From positions 1,720-65,719 of the forward strand of contig CAKULE010000006.1 of NCBI GenBank assembly GCA_934667095.1: 64,000 bases of DNA, written 5' to 3'. This document shows positions 1 through 8,983 of this stretch, one piece after another; the first letter of the stretch is position 1, and the number at the start of each line of letters is the position of its first letter. The position numbers and the translations under genes were made by a program. Source of the stretch: an uncultured Oscillospiraceae bacterium. GTDB taxonomy: Bacteria; Bacillota; Clostridia; Oscillospirales; Oscillospiraceae. A model generated the notes under the pieces. The model saw nothing but the letters and a program-made list of their open reading frames with translations. It did not search any database and was not told the DNA's origin.

Positions 1-192
1 AATGTGTATTTTGACTCAGATGGCGAGGCCGGAAAGTTTACCAGCAACATCTTTGCCTATCCCACCACCTATGTGGTCGACCGCAGCGGCAATATCGTGG
101 GCGAGCCCATCGTAGGCGCCATCACGGAAAAGAAGCAGGCGGAGACGCTGCAAAAGCTCATCGACCAGGCTCTTGCCGCCGACATGGGCTGA
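1..192 (+). CDS. thioredoxin-fold thiol-disulfide oxidoreductase (TlpA/ResA-like), C-terminal fragment; 5' end outside window
   Basis: Frame open from window edge to TGA 190-192. The tail FAYPTTYVVDRSGNIVGEP resembles the C-terminal part of TlpA/ResA-type thioredoxin-like proteins. Lies directly upstream of an exported MsrAB. Confidence 0.5.
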   Translation, partial: NVYFDSDGEAGKFTSNIFAYPTTYVVDRSGNIVGEPIVGAITEKKQAETLQKLIDQALAADMG

Positions 193-290
193 CCCGGGAT
201 TTAAAAAAGCGCCTGCTGCGCGCCATTGCATTGCCCTCGGCGGGCAAGGGGCGGAGTGAGCCCCGATTCCCCTGATAAGGAGGAAATGCG

Positions 291-1364
291 ATGTATCGAA
301 GCGTATTGGCACTGCTTTTCGCCGCGATTCTTCTGCTCAGCGGCTGCGCCGCCGGGCAGAAGAATATGCCGAAGGAAAGGAGCGGGCAGGAAGCAAGCAT
401 GGACGGAGCGGCTTTTGACCGGTCCGACGAGGAGATCGCCTATATGGATACCACGGAAAATGTCATCTATCTGGCGGGCGGCTGCTTCTGGGGCATGGAA
501 CAGCTGATGCAGTCCATCCCCGGCGTCATCGATGCCGAGAGCGGCTACGCCAACGGCACCTGCGAGGCGGACGCCGATTACAAGACCGTCTGCAAGGGAG
601 AGACCGGCTTTCGGGAGACCGTGCGGGTGGAATACGACCCCGAGCAGGTGAGCCTCGACGCGCTGCTGCTGGCCTACTTCTATGTGATCGACCCCACGGT
701 ACAAAACCGGCAGGGCAACGACGTGGGCAGCCAGTACCAGACTGGCGTCTACTACACCAACGAAAGCGCGAGAGAAACGGTGGAGCGCATCGCGGAGATC
801 GAGCGGGGACGCAGTGAAAAGTTCTTCGTGGAGATCGGCCCGCTCAAGAACTATTATCCCGCCGAGGAGTACCACCAGAACTACCTCGAAAAGAACCCGA
901 ACGGCTACTGCCACATCCCGCGCGCGGAGATGGAGCTGTTTTCCCGGCTGCGCATCGACCCGGGCGACTATCAGAAGCCTGCGGCGGAGTCCATCCGGGA
1001 CAAGCTGACGGCGGAGCAGTACCGCGTCACGCAGGAGAGCGGCACGGAGCGCGCCTTCACGGGCGAGTTCTGGGACAAGTTTGAAAAGGGCATCTATGTG
1101 GATGTCGTCACCGGCGAGCCGCTCTTTTCCTCCACGGATAAGTACGAGAGCGGCTGCGGCTGGCCGGCTTTCACAAAGCCCATTGAAGAGCCTGCCGTGG
1201 TGGAACTGGAGGACCTGAGCCACGGCATGCGCCGCACAGAGGTCAGAAGCCGTGCCGGAGATCTCACCTTGGTCATGTGTTCACCGGCGATCCGGAGTCG
1301 CCCAACGGCGTGCGCTACTGCATTACTGGCTGTTCGGCCGCTACCACGACAACCGAGCCATTGA
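291..1364 (+). pseudogene. msrAB: lipoprotein peptide-methionine sulfoxide reductase MsrA-MsrB fusion, frameshifted and 3'-degraded in the MsrB domain
   Basis: RBS AAGGAGG 277-283. Lipobox LLLSGC. MsrA motif GGCFWGME. MsrB motifs [18 protein letters not shown] and GCGWPAF. After RAGD (codons to 1262) the conserved [20 protein letters not shown] continues in another frame (1265-1318); family similarity is then lost. Confidence 0.75.
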
Positions 1365-1421
1365 CGAAAAGCACATTCTGCTGTGGGAGCAGATCGTGCG
1401 GGTCATCTGAAGCAGGTCAAA

Positions 1422-1465
1422 GCAGAGAAAAGCACGGCGGTGTCGCCGTGCTTTTCTCTGCTTTG
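1422..1465 (+). terminator. rho-independent terminator hairpin
   Basis: Perfect 18-bp stem GCAGAGAAAAGCACGGCG / CGCCGTGCTTTTCTCTGC with 4-nt loop (1422-1461), followed by CTTTG. Confidence 0.6.
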
Positions 1466-1505
1466 AGCGTTGAACAGGTGCACTGCGCCGGAAAGGAGAA
1501 AAACC

Positions 1506-2072
1506 ATGAATATCCGCAAGCCCACAGATTACACCACCCTGTTCACCGCACTGGACGCCGCTGTTGCGGCGCAGCTCCCGCAGATGGAGCTATACTGCAA
1601 AATTGGTCAGCTGGTCGGCAGCAGGAGCGAAAAAGGCGCAGCTGTCGCGGCGCCGAAACACCTGCAAGCGGCCTATCCCGCAGCCGAGGGCTTCTCTCCC
1701 CGCAACCTGCGCCGGATGCGGGACTTCTACCGGATGTACGGCGACACACCGGAGTTGCTGGCAGCGGCAATGCGTCTGAACTGGACACAAAATGTGGTCA
1801 TCATGGAGGGCGGATTGACCATGGACGAGAGGTGCTGGTACATTCGGAAGGCCGCCGAAAGCGGCTTATCCAAAACGGAGCTGCTTCGGATGATCGCATC
1901 CTCCGCACATTTGGAAATTGCTCTTGGCGAAAACGAGGATACCTGTTATACTGTAGAAAAAGATGAGTTTTCGGAGAAGAATCGGTATGAAGAATATCCT
2001 GTTTATTTGCCACGGCAGGATTTACTGGGCATGATAAAAAGTCTCATATCGTCTCATAGACCCCGTTTTTAA
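1506..2072 (+). CDS. DUF1016 (YhcG-like) N-terminal domain protein, lacks the nuclease domain
   Basis: RBS AAGGAG 1493-1498, ATG 1506. FSPRNLRRMRDFYRMY and LNWTQNVVIM...RCWYIRKA match my recollection of the DUF1016 N-terminal region. The last ~40 codons are AT-rich, unlike the rest of the gene. Confidence 0.55.
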   Translation: MNIRKPTDYTTLFTALDAAVAAQLPQMELYCKIGQLVGSRSEKGAAVAAPKHLQAAYPAAEGFSPRNLRRMRDFYRMYGDTPELLAAAMRLNWTQNVVIMEGGLTMDERCWYIRKAAESGLSKTELLRMIASSAHLEIALGENEDTCYTVEKDEFSEKNRYEEYPVYLPRQDLLGMIKSLISSHRPRF

Positions 2073-2172
2073 GCGTTTTTTGTGTTTCAATCTCAAATTT
2101 ACCAAAGATTTACCAATATTTCTGGAGAGTCAGACTTGCAGATTCTAACACCAGAATAAGGAGATCAATACT

Positions 2173-2559
2173 ATGACTGAGATGAAGAAACACATTTATG
2201 ATGAGAGCAATGGCCTTTGGTATGAACTCATTGGCGATTATTATATTCCGGTTCTTGTCCTGCCCTCTGAGGAACAGCGCCCCATTGGTAAATGGGGACG
2301 GATGCACCGGGAGTACCTCAGAGAGCATCGTCCGATCCTTTTTAATGATCTGATCTTGAGTGGTCAACTCTGGACATATCTGGCTGATCTGAACGAACAG
2401 GCGCAGCGCAGATTACAATTGATTATCAGACAGATGCAGGAAGCGGAGTCTGTGACCGAGGAGATAAAAGCTGCCGATCAGATGGCATGGGTCGGAGCGA
2501 TGAACAGCATCCGAAGCCGGGCAGAAGAAATTATTCGATCTGAAATGATTTACTGCTGA
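2173..2559 (+). CDS. tnpV: TnpV-like transposon accessory protein
   Basis: RBS AAGGAG upstream. IGKWGRMHREYLREHRP...LILSGQLWTYLADLNEQA...MNSIRSRAEEII matches the TnpV family found on clostridial serine-recombinase elements (from memory). Confidence 0.8.
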   Translation: MTEMKKHIYDESNGLWYELIGDYYIPVLVLPSEEQRPIGKWGRMHREYLREHRPILFNDLILSGQLWTYLADLNEQAQRRLQLIIRQMQEAESVTEEIKAADQMAWVGAMNSIRSRAEEIIRSEMIYC

Positions 2560-2563
2560 AGTG

Positions 2564-3466
2564 TCAGTCTTCCGGTTCAGCCAGTTCTACAATAATATTA
2601 CTCTGCTGGAGCAGCCAGTCCGAAAAATCCTTTGGGCTGGCTGTTTTCTTTTTCACGGCCTGTTTCCGCTGCAAGGCTTCTTTTTTGAAGGATTCAAAAG
2701 CAGCCAGCATTTCTTCCAGACGATCAGCAGGAAAACCAGAAGCTTTCTTTGCCTTATTGATTTTGTTTCGCCAGTTCTGGCACTCATTTTTGTAGAGCAG
2801 ATCATAATTGTTTTCTCTGGCTCGTTCATCAAACTCACGCTTGTTCTGGAGAGATTGCTTTTTACGACACTTATCACTGCACAGCTCATATCGTTGGCTT
2901 TTGGCAAGAAATACTTTCCCACAGATTCTGCATTTCCGGAAATACAGCCCCCAATTGTTCAGGCGATTCAGATAATAGATCATCAGCGGATACAGGGACG
3001 AATAGGCAGCAACACACCCCATTTTTCGTTTGCTGTCTGGATACCAGAGGTCAAGCCGTGTATCTTCCTGCGGCACAGAACCATGAATATGCGTGGAAAT
3101 ATTCAGTCGTTTTGGCTTCCCTGTATCCTCGTCAAAGTCAAGGGGTGGATTGCCCATAAATAAGGCTGTAAAGCCATTCACTTTTTCGATAAAACGTTCG
3201 CAGGTAGATTCCCGATCTCGTGGTTCTCTTGCCTTCAAATATTCATTCCAGATACGAAGAGCCACATACATTCTCACCGGATCACCGGTGAGATATTTTT
3301 TTGCCAGAAAATCGCCGGAAGCCTGTTCCAGTTCGGGCTGTTTCCAACGATTGGAGTGCAGGGCTTCTCTCAGTGGTATTAAACCAAGGTGATTCCATTC
3401 GCCGTCCGAATCATGCTCAAAGGTTGAAAGCATAGTTCCCAAAGGGCGTGTAACATCACAAAGCAC
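2564..3466 (-). CDS. conserved mobile-element protein with C-terminal Zn-ribbon (DUF6076-like); possibly the 3' part of a frameshifted longer gene
   Basis: 300-aa ORF in the low-GC patch. CRICGKVF...CSDKC cysteine pairs followed by a Lys/Arg-rich tail. An upstream ORF (3477-3671) abuts it in a frame offset by 1 nt. Confidence 0.5.
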   Translation of the reverse strand: MLCDVTRPLGTMLSTFEHDSDGEWNHLGLIPLREALHSNRWKQPELEQASGDFLAKKYLTGDPVRMYVALRIWNEYLKAREPRDRESTCERFIEKVNGFTALFMGNPPLDFDEDTGKPKRLNISTHIHGSVPQEDTRLDLWYPDSKRKMGCVAAYSSLYPLMIYYLNRLNNWGLYFRKCRICGKVFLAKSQRYELCSDKCRKKQSLQNKREFDERARENNYDLLYKNECQNWRNKINKAKKASGFPADRLEEMLAAFESFKKEALQRKQAVKKKTASPKDFSDWLLQQSNIIVELAEPED

Positions 3467-3476
3467 CTCTGTATCG

Positions 3477-3671
3477 TCATATCCCTGTAAACGAAACCGG
3501 ATTTGCAGTTCTTCTCCTTAAAATACGTTCTTTCATTTTCTGCCTGTCCAACGTTAGCACCAGCAGAACACGGTCATAAAGCGGTTCGTGCCGCACAAAT
3601 TCAAAATCCATACAATTCCCTCGTTTCGATTTATGGTAATTTTGTAATTCAGTTATATTAGTTACACTCAT
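3477..3671 (-). CDS. hypothetical protein, candidate N-terminal fragment of the 2564-3466 gene
   Basis: 64-aa ORF ending TGA at 3477-3479. The downstream gene's frame is open from 3517, so a single-nt indel between 3480 and 3517 would fuse them. Confidence 0.3.
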   Translation of the reverse strand: MSVTNITELQNYHKSKRGNCMDFEFVRHEPLYDRVLLVLTLDRQKMKERILRRRTANPVSFTGI

Positions 3672-3938
3672 GGTACTGCAAAACTATTGTTTTATCAAGT
3701 TTGTGGCGATATGATGGCGTCAGATGGTAATTTCGTTCCGTCGTGTACCATGACAACTGAACGACCGTCTGAACCGAGATAAACCGCCATGACCTCTCCT
3801 GAAACGGAGGGCGAGCGCATCGAGAAATCGGTGACTCATGTATGTCGAGCAGGGCAGCATGAAGGAAACGGAACAGGTAGAACGGCAAATATGCAGAAAA
3901 TGAAAATCAATCAATTTAAATAAAGGAGGAACACCGAT

Positions 3939-4172
3939 ATGAAAGAAAAAATGAAGTGGAATGATTACGACTCGCTGCCCCTGATTTTGGATGTTACGGA
4001 TATTCAGCATATCATGGGAATTTCCAGAGCCAGTGCTTATGAGCGGGTACACACACCGGGGCTTCCGGTGGTGCGCAGCGGCAGGTTGATTAAAATCAGC
4101 AAGAAAGCCTTTTTTAATTGGCTGGACAGCGGCGGCAATTCCCACGAGAACGAAAAAGGGAAAACAGCATAA
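3939..4172 (+). CDS. excisionase-family / MerR-like helix-turn-helix DNA-binding protein
   Basis: RBS AGGAGG upstream. LILDVTDIQHIMGISRASAYERVHTPGLPVVRSGRLIKISKKAFFNWL is a typical Xis-type HTH. Confidence 0.7.
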   Translation: MKEKMKWNDYDSLPLILDVTDIQHIMGISRASAYERVHTPGLPVVRSGRLIKISKKAFFNWLDSGGNSHENEKGKTA

Positions 4173-4201
4173 CCGTGAAATGGAATATGAGGAGGATTTT
4201 T

Positions 4202-4506
4202 ATGATGAAGCTGTCTAAGTATGAGAAAGAAACATCATTAACTGGAACGAAGCGGAAAGCACCGCCAGCATCTATACCTTCAATGCTGATTTGAGACGCA
4301 GATTGGCAGAATTCAGTCGGAAATATCCCCAACTGTGCCAGTTGGAGCGCAGCACCACGGAGAGCAGCGTGACCTATGTGATTGAAAAGTCCCGGCTGTC
4401 TGTCCGGTTGATTCCACCACATGGTGAGGAGCGGCTGGCAGCTGCCAGAAAGTACGCCAAACAACATGGATTTCAGGTTTTGCGTGCAGAAAAGGAAAGT
4501 GCCTGA
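4202..4506 (+). pseudogene. small conserved mobile-element protein, disrupted by a 1-nt frameshift near codon 11
   Basis: RBS GGAGG about 4190, ATG 4202, giving MMKLSKYEKET. Coding continues in another frame as IINWNEAESTASIYTFNADLRRRLAEFSRKYPQL... to stop 4506. The ATG frame itself stops at 4292. Confidence 0.5.
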
Positions 4507-4656
4507 TTACAGGGTAAGTGCCTGTAAAATGCCGGGTCTGCACCTGGCATTTTCACAGGCTGCTTATTCAGGGGTAAAAGTATCCAGTACCATAGAAGAT
4601 GAAAAATATCCGGTTCGGGAGCTGTTTTCCCGGTCAGGAGAAAGGAGGAAAAAGCA

Positions 4657-4785
4657 ATGGGAAATTTGTATGGATATATCCGTGTCAGCACCAGAGAACA
4701 GAATGAGGACAGGCAGATTCTTGCACTGAAAGACCTTTCTATCCCAGAGAAAAATTTGTTTATCGATAAGGATAATGTACAATAG
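4657..4785 (+). pseudogene. serine recombinase (resolvase/invertase family), only the first ~40 codons remain; truncated by the IS
   Basis: RBS GGAGG 4644-4648. MGNLYGYIRVSTREQNEDRQILALKDL carries the catalytic-serine motif Y-x-R-V-S-T-x-x-Q. The frame stops at 4783-4785, exactly at the IS256-family left end. Confidence 0.8.
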
Positions 4786-6110
4786 GTTGCGCAAATTGAA
4801 AACCGCATAAAAGAAGACATAGCTTGCAGGCTCTGGTAGAATGAAGTTACCACACAAACATTCGAAAGGAGACAGCAAACTATGTCCGAGAAAATTGTAC
4901 AGCTGAATGAGGAAATTATCAAGGGGCAAATCAAGGAATTGGTCCGCGGCAGCGTGGAGGAAACCCTGAACGAGCTGCTGGAAAAGGAGGCGGAGTCGCT
5001 GACGCAGGCGGCTCGCTATGAGCGCAGCGAGGCCCGTCAGGGCTACCGCAGCGGCCACTATGACCGCAACCTTACCACAACCTCCGGCGATGTCACGCTC
5101 CACATGCCGCGGCTCAAGGGCGTATCCTTTGAGACTGCCATCATCGAGCGGTATCGCCGCCGGGAGAGCAGCGTGGAGGAGGCGCTCATCGAAATGCATC
5201 TGGCGGGCGTCTCCGTGCTCCGAGTGGAGGACATCACGGAGGCGCCGTGGGGCAGCAAGGTCTCGCCTGCCACCATCAGCGAGCTGAACAAGAAAGCCTA
5301 CGTCCACATCGAGGATTGGCGCAACCGCCCCTTGCAGGGCGGGCGCTATCCATATGTCTATGTGGACGGCATCTACCTGCGCCGCAACTGGGGCGGAGAG
5401 TACGAAAATGTTGCTGTTTTGGTGGCAATCGCCGTGAATGAGGACGGTTTTCGTGAGGTTTTGGGTGCCGCCGAAGGCATGAAAGAGGACAAGGCCAGCT
5501 GGGTCAGCTTCTTCCAGTGGCTCCGTGGGTGCGGCTTGGACGGCGTAAAGCTCATCGTCGGCGACAAGTGCATGGGGATGCTGGAGGCTGTGGGCGAGGT
5601 GTTCCCAGACGTCAAATATCAGCGCTGCACGGTGTATTTCTACCGCAATGTGTTCTCCGTTGTGCCTAAATCCAAGGTCAAAATTGTGGCAAAAATGCTC
5701 AAGGCGATCCACGCCCAGGAGAGCAAGAAAGCCTCCCGCAAGAAGGCGAAGGCCGTGGTCGCCGAGCTGCGCGCCATGAAACTGAAGGAAGCTGCCAAGA
5801 AGGCCGAGGACGGCATTGAGGAGACGCTGACCTACTGCGATTTTCCCAGCGAACACTGGACGCGCATCCGCACCAACAACGTAATCGAGCGGCTGAACCG
5901 TGAGATCCGCCGATGGACGCGGGTGGTGGGGACATTCCCTGACGGCAACTCCGCTCTGATGTTGGTCTGCGCAAGGCTGCGCCATGTGGCGGGCACCCAG
6001 TGGGGCAACAAGAAATACATGAACATGAAGCACTTGGAGGCGGCTCTGGACGACGCCTCTATTGCCGGCTGACTTCATTCAGCCGGAGCCTGCAAACAAT
6101 TTTGCGCATA
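4786..6110 (+). mobile_element. IS256-family insertion sequence (boundaries approximate)
   Basis: Single mutator-type transposase ORF. Terminal inverted repeat TGCGCAAATTG (4788-4798) vs CAATTTTGCGCA (6097-6108). Subterminal inverted repeat 4824-4847 vs 6072-6095 matches at 21/24. No flanking direct repeat seen. Confidence 0.75.
4882..6072 (+). CDS. IS256-family (mutator-type) transposase
   Basis: 396 aa. YERSEARQGYRSGHYDRNL, YVYVDGIY...VLVAIAVNEDGFREVLG and IRTNNVIERLNREIRRWTRVVGTFP are typical IS256/Mutator transposase blocks. Confidence 0.95.
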   Translation: MSEKIVQLNEEIIKGQIKELVRGSVEETLNELLEKEAESLTQAARYERSEARQGYRSGHYDRNLTTTSGDVTLHMPRLKGVSFETAIIERYRRRESSVEEALIEMHLAGVSVLRVEDITEAPWGSKVSPATISELNKKAYVHIEDWRNRPLQGGRYPYVYVDGIYLRRNWGGEYENVAVLVAIAVNEDGFREVLGAAEGMKEDKASWVSFFQWLRGCGLDGVKLIVGDKCMGMLEAVGEVFPDVKYQRCTVYFYRNVFSVVPKSKVKIVAKMLKAIHAQESKKASRKKAKAVVAELRAMKLKEAAKKAEDGIEETLTYCDFPSEHWTRIRTNNVIERLNREIRRWTRVVGTFPDGNSALMLVCARLRHVAGTQWGNKKYMNMKHLEAALDDASIAG

Positions 6111-6357
6111 AATCTTGACGGGACCCTCGAGGACGCTATGATTTTTGACGCTGAAGAGGTCGGCAACGCCGTAAGAGGGGATTACCCGGGCGAGCCCTGA
6201 GGAAGAGGGCTGCTGGTGTATGGAGAACATCAGCATGTCCAGCGCCGGCTCGGCGGCCATTCGGAACGGCTTCCACATCAGGACGGACGGCAGGACCGTG
6301 GAGGAGCTGGTCTGCACGGTCCTTGATCATATCGGGGCATAAGACCCCGTCCCGGCA

Positions 6358-6383
6358 GGGACACGGCTTCGGCCGTGTCCCTC
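6358..6383 (+). terminator. GC-rich hairpin, probable terminator of a lost or degraded upstream gene
   Basis: GGGACACGGC-TTCG-GCCGTGTCCC perfect 10-bp stem, followed by a weak T-tract (TCGCTTTGCGTT). Confidence 0.35.
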
Positions 6384-6427
6384 GCTTTGCGTTCCGCCTT
6401 CCGGTGGGGAGATTCCGGATACGGGGC

Positions 6428-6456
6428 TTGTCTCCCCATTTCAGATGTGCTATAAT
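6428..6456 (+). promoter_or_regulatory. sigma-70-type promoter upstream of ddl
   Basis: TTGTCT (6428-6433), 17-nt spacer ending TGC, TATAAT (6451-6456), i.e. an extended -10 TGnTATAAT. Confidence 0.5.
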
Positions 6457-6513
6457 CAAACGTCAGGCATACCATATATCAAACATCTGTTGTTTATAAG
6501 GAGCGATTTTGTC

Positions 6514-7554
6514 ATGAAGATCGTCGTTTTGGCCGGCGGCCTCAGCCCCGAGCGCAACGTCTCCCTCTCCAGCGGCAGCAAGATCTGCCAGGCCCTGCGG
6601 GACCGGGGGCATCAGGCCGCCTTTGTCGATATGTTCCTTGGCACGGCGGGGGAGCCCGCCGCTCTCTTTGACGCTCCGCTGGACCCGGGCCTCACCCGCA
6701 TTGCCCGGCAGGCCCCCGATTTGGCGGCCCTGAAGGCGGAGCGGGGCGGCCGCAGCATGTTCGGCCCCGGCGTGCTGGAGCTGTGCGGCATGGCGGACGT
6801 GGTCTTTCTGGCGCTCCACGGCTCCTGCGGGGAGGACGGCCGCGTGCAGGCCGCGCTGGACCTGCTGGGCATCCCCTACACCGGCGCGGGCCATCTCAGC
6901 AGCGCCATCGCCATGGACAAGGACCTGACCAAGCGGGTAGCCGCCCCCTTCGGCATCAGCACCCCCGCGTGGGAGGTCGTCCGTTACGCCGCCGCGGACA
7001 TCCCTGCCATCGTAGCGCGCACCAAGCTGCCCTGTGTGGTGAAGCCGGTGGACTCCGGCTCCTCCATCGGCGTGTCCATCGCCCACACAGCGGAGGAACT
7101 GACCGCCGCGCTCACTGAAGGGGTGGCGCTGGGCGGCCACAGCGTGATTGAGCAGTACGTCAAGGGCCGCGAGATCCAGGTGGGCATTCTGGACGGCAAG
7201 GCCCTGCCCTCCATCGAGATCATTCCCAAGGAGGGCTTCTACGACTACGCGAACAAGTACCAGCCCGGCGCGGCGGAGGAATTCTGCCCCGCCCCCATCC
7301 CCCCCGAGTGGGAGGACCGGCTGGGCCGCGCGGCGGAGACGGTGTTCCGGGCCCTGGGCCTCAGCGTATACTCCCGGGCGGACTTCATCGTCACCGAGGA
7401 CGGCACCCCCTGGTTCCTTGAGATCAACACCCTGCCCGGCATGACCCCCACCAGCCTTCTCCCGCAGGAGGCCGCGGCGGTGGGCATCGACTACGGCAGC
7501 CTGTGTGAGCATATCATCGACAGCTCCCTGAAGGCCCGGGCGGCCGGACTGTGA
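6514..7554 (+). CDS. ddl: D-alanine--D-alanine ligase
   Basis: RBS AAGGAG 6498-6503, ATG 6514 (MKIVVLAGGLSPERNVSLSSG). ATP-grasp blocks VVKPVDSGSSIGV and FLEINTLPGMT. Confidence 0.95.
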   Translation: MKIVVLAGGLSPERNVSLSSGSKICQALRDRGHQAAFVDMFLGTAGEPAALFDAPLDPGLTRIARQAPDLAALKAERGGRSMFGPGVLELCGMADVVFLALHGSCGEDGRVQAALDLLGIPYTGAGHLSSAIAMDKDLTKRVAAPFGISTPAWEVVRYAAADIPAIVARTKLPCVVKPVDSGSSIGVSIAHTAEELTAALTEGVALGGHSVIEQYVKGREIQVGILDGKALPSIEIIPKEGFYDYANKYQPGAAEEFCPAPIPPEWEDRLGRAAETVFRALGLSVYSRADFIVTEDGTPWFLEINTLPGMTPTSLLPQEAAAVGIDYGSLCEHIIDSSLKARAAGL

Positions 7555-7570
7555 GCGAAGGAGAGAGAAC

Positions 7571-8959
7571 ATGGAAGCATTGACTCTGCGCCAGCTGCTG
7601 GAGGCCACCGGCGGCACCCTGCTGGGTGAGTGCAACGATCTGGACGCGGTGTTCACCGATGTCTGCACTGACAGCCGGCACATTGCCCCGGGCTGCCTCT
7701 TCCTGCCCATTCAGGGGGAGCGGTTCGACGGCCACGGCTTCATCAACGACGCGTTGGAGGCCGGGGCGGCGGGCTGCCTCTCTGCCCGGGAGCGGGACAG
7801 CTACCGCAGCGACAAATTCTACGTGAAGGTGCGCTCCACCCAGCGGGCCCTGCGGGATCTGGCCCGGTACTACCGGGAGCAGTTCTCCATCCCCGTGGTG
7901 GCGGTGACGGGCTCCGTGGGCAAAACCACCACCAAGGACATGGTGGCGGCGGTGCTCAGCGCCCGTTATAAGGTCCTCAAGACCGAGGGCAATTACAACA
8001 ACGACATTGGCCTGCCCCTCACCGTCCTCCGGCTGAACCATACCCACCAGATCTGCGTGCTGGAGATGGGCATGGACCACGCCGGTGAGATCGACTACCT
8101 CAGCGAGCTGGCGGAGCCCGATGTGGCCCTCATCACCAACATTGGGGACGCCCACATCGAGAACCTGGGCAGCCGGGAGGCCATCTTTGCCGCCAAGTGC
8201 GAGGTGTTCGGCCATTTGAAGCCGGACGGCCTGGCAGTCCTCAACGGGGACGATCCCATGCTGGCCACCCTCCGGGGCAAGCTGGCCCAGAAGACGGTCT
8301 TTGTGGGCAGCGGCGAGGGCATGGACTACACCGCCGCCGACGTGGATACCGGCGACGGCACCCATCTCAGCTGCAGCATCCGCACCCCCAAGGCCCAGTT
8401 TCAGGCGGATATCCCGGCGCTGGGCGGGCATATGATCTATCCCACCCTCATGGCCGCCGCTGTGGCGGAGCATTTCGGCATGGCGGCGGACGAGATCCTT
8501 CAGGGCATCCGGGCCTTCCTGCCAACCAAGATGCGTATGAACGTGGTGCGCTGCCCCGGGGACTTCATCATTCTGGACGACGCCTACAACGCCAACCCCC
8601 AGTCCATGCGGGCGGCGGCGGCCGTGCTGGGCGATGCCCACGAGCGCCGCAAGGTGGCCGTGTTGGGCGACATGAAGGAGCTGGGAGCCAACAGCCAGCT
8701 GTTCCACCGGATGGTGGGCGGCTATTTTGCGCAGGCCGGGGTAGACCGGCTCATCGCCATCGGCGATCTGGCCCGCTACATTGCCGACGGCGCCATAGAG
8801 GCCGGGCTGGAGCAGGCCAGCTGGTATCCCGACCTCAGTCAGGCGGAGGACGCACTTCTGCGGGAGGTGCGCTCCGGTGTGACCATTCTGGTGAAGGCCT
8901 CCCGCGCCATGGAGTTCGAGCGGGTGGTGGCCTTCCTCAAGGCACAGGCAGAAAAGTAA
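7571..8959 (+). CDS. murF: UDP-N-acetylmuramoyl-tripeptide--D-alanyl-D-alanine ligase
   Basis: 462 aa. Mur ligase P-loop VTGSVGKTTTKDM. LLGECNDLDAVFTDVCTDSRHI N-terminus typical of MurF. Adjacent to ddl. Confidence 0.95.
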   Translation: MEALTLRQLLEATGGTLLGECNDLDAVFTDVCTDSRHIAPGCLFLPIQGERFDGHGFINDALEAGAAGCLSARERDSYRSDKFYVKVRSTQRALRDLARYYREQFSIPVVAVTGSVGKTTTKDMVAAVLSARYKVLKTEGNYNNDIGLPLTVLRLNHTHQICVLEMGMDHAGEIDYLSELAEPDVALITNIGDAHIENLGSREAIFAAKCEVFGHLKPDGLAVLNGDDPMLATLRGKLAQKTVFVGSGEGMDYTAADVDTGDGTHLSCSIRTPKAQFQADIPALGGHMIYPTLMAAAVAEHFGMAADEILQGIRAFLPTKMRMNVVRCPGDFIILDDAYNANPQSMRAAAAVLGDAHERRKVAVLGDMKELGANSQLFHRMVGGYFAQAGVDRLIAIGDLARYIADGAIEAGLEQASWYPDLSQAEDALLREVRSGVTILVKASRAMEFERVVAFLKAQAEK

Positions 8960-8983
8960 CACAACAGATAAGAGAGGTACCTT

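Noticed and set aside
201-1223. 340-aa minus-strand ORF over msrAB, and similar antisense ORFs over ddl/murF (6463-7710, 7514-9271)
   Set aside because: High-GC antisense artefacts. The sense strands encode textbook enzymes.
4564-6078. 504-aa minus-strand ORF covering the IS256 element
   Set aside because: It is antisense to an unmistakable IS256-family transposase. No recognisable domain.
6445-6513. Upstream start (6445) for ddl
   Set aside because: It would place the start inside the -10 box. AAGGAG at 6498-6503 and the conserved MKIVVLAGG N-terminus support ATG 6514.
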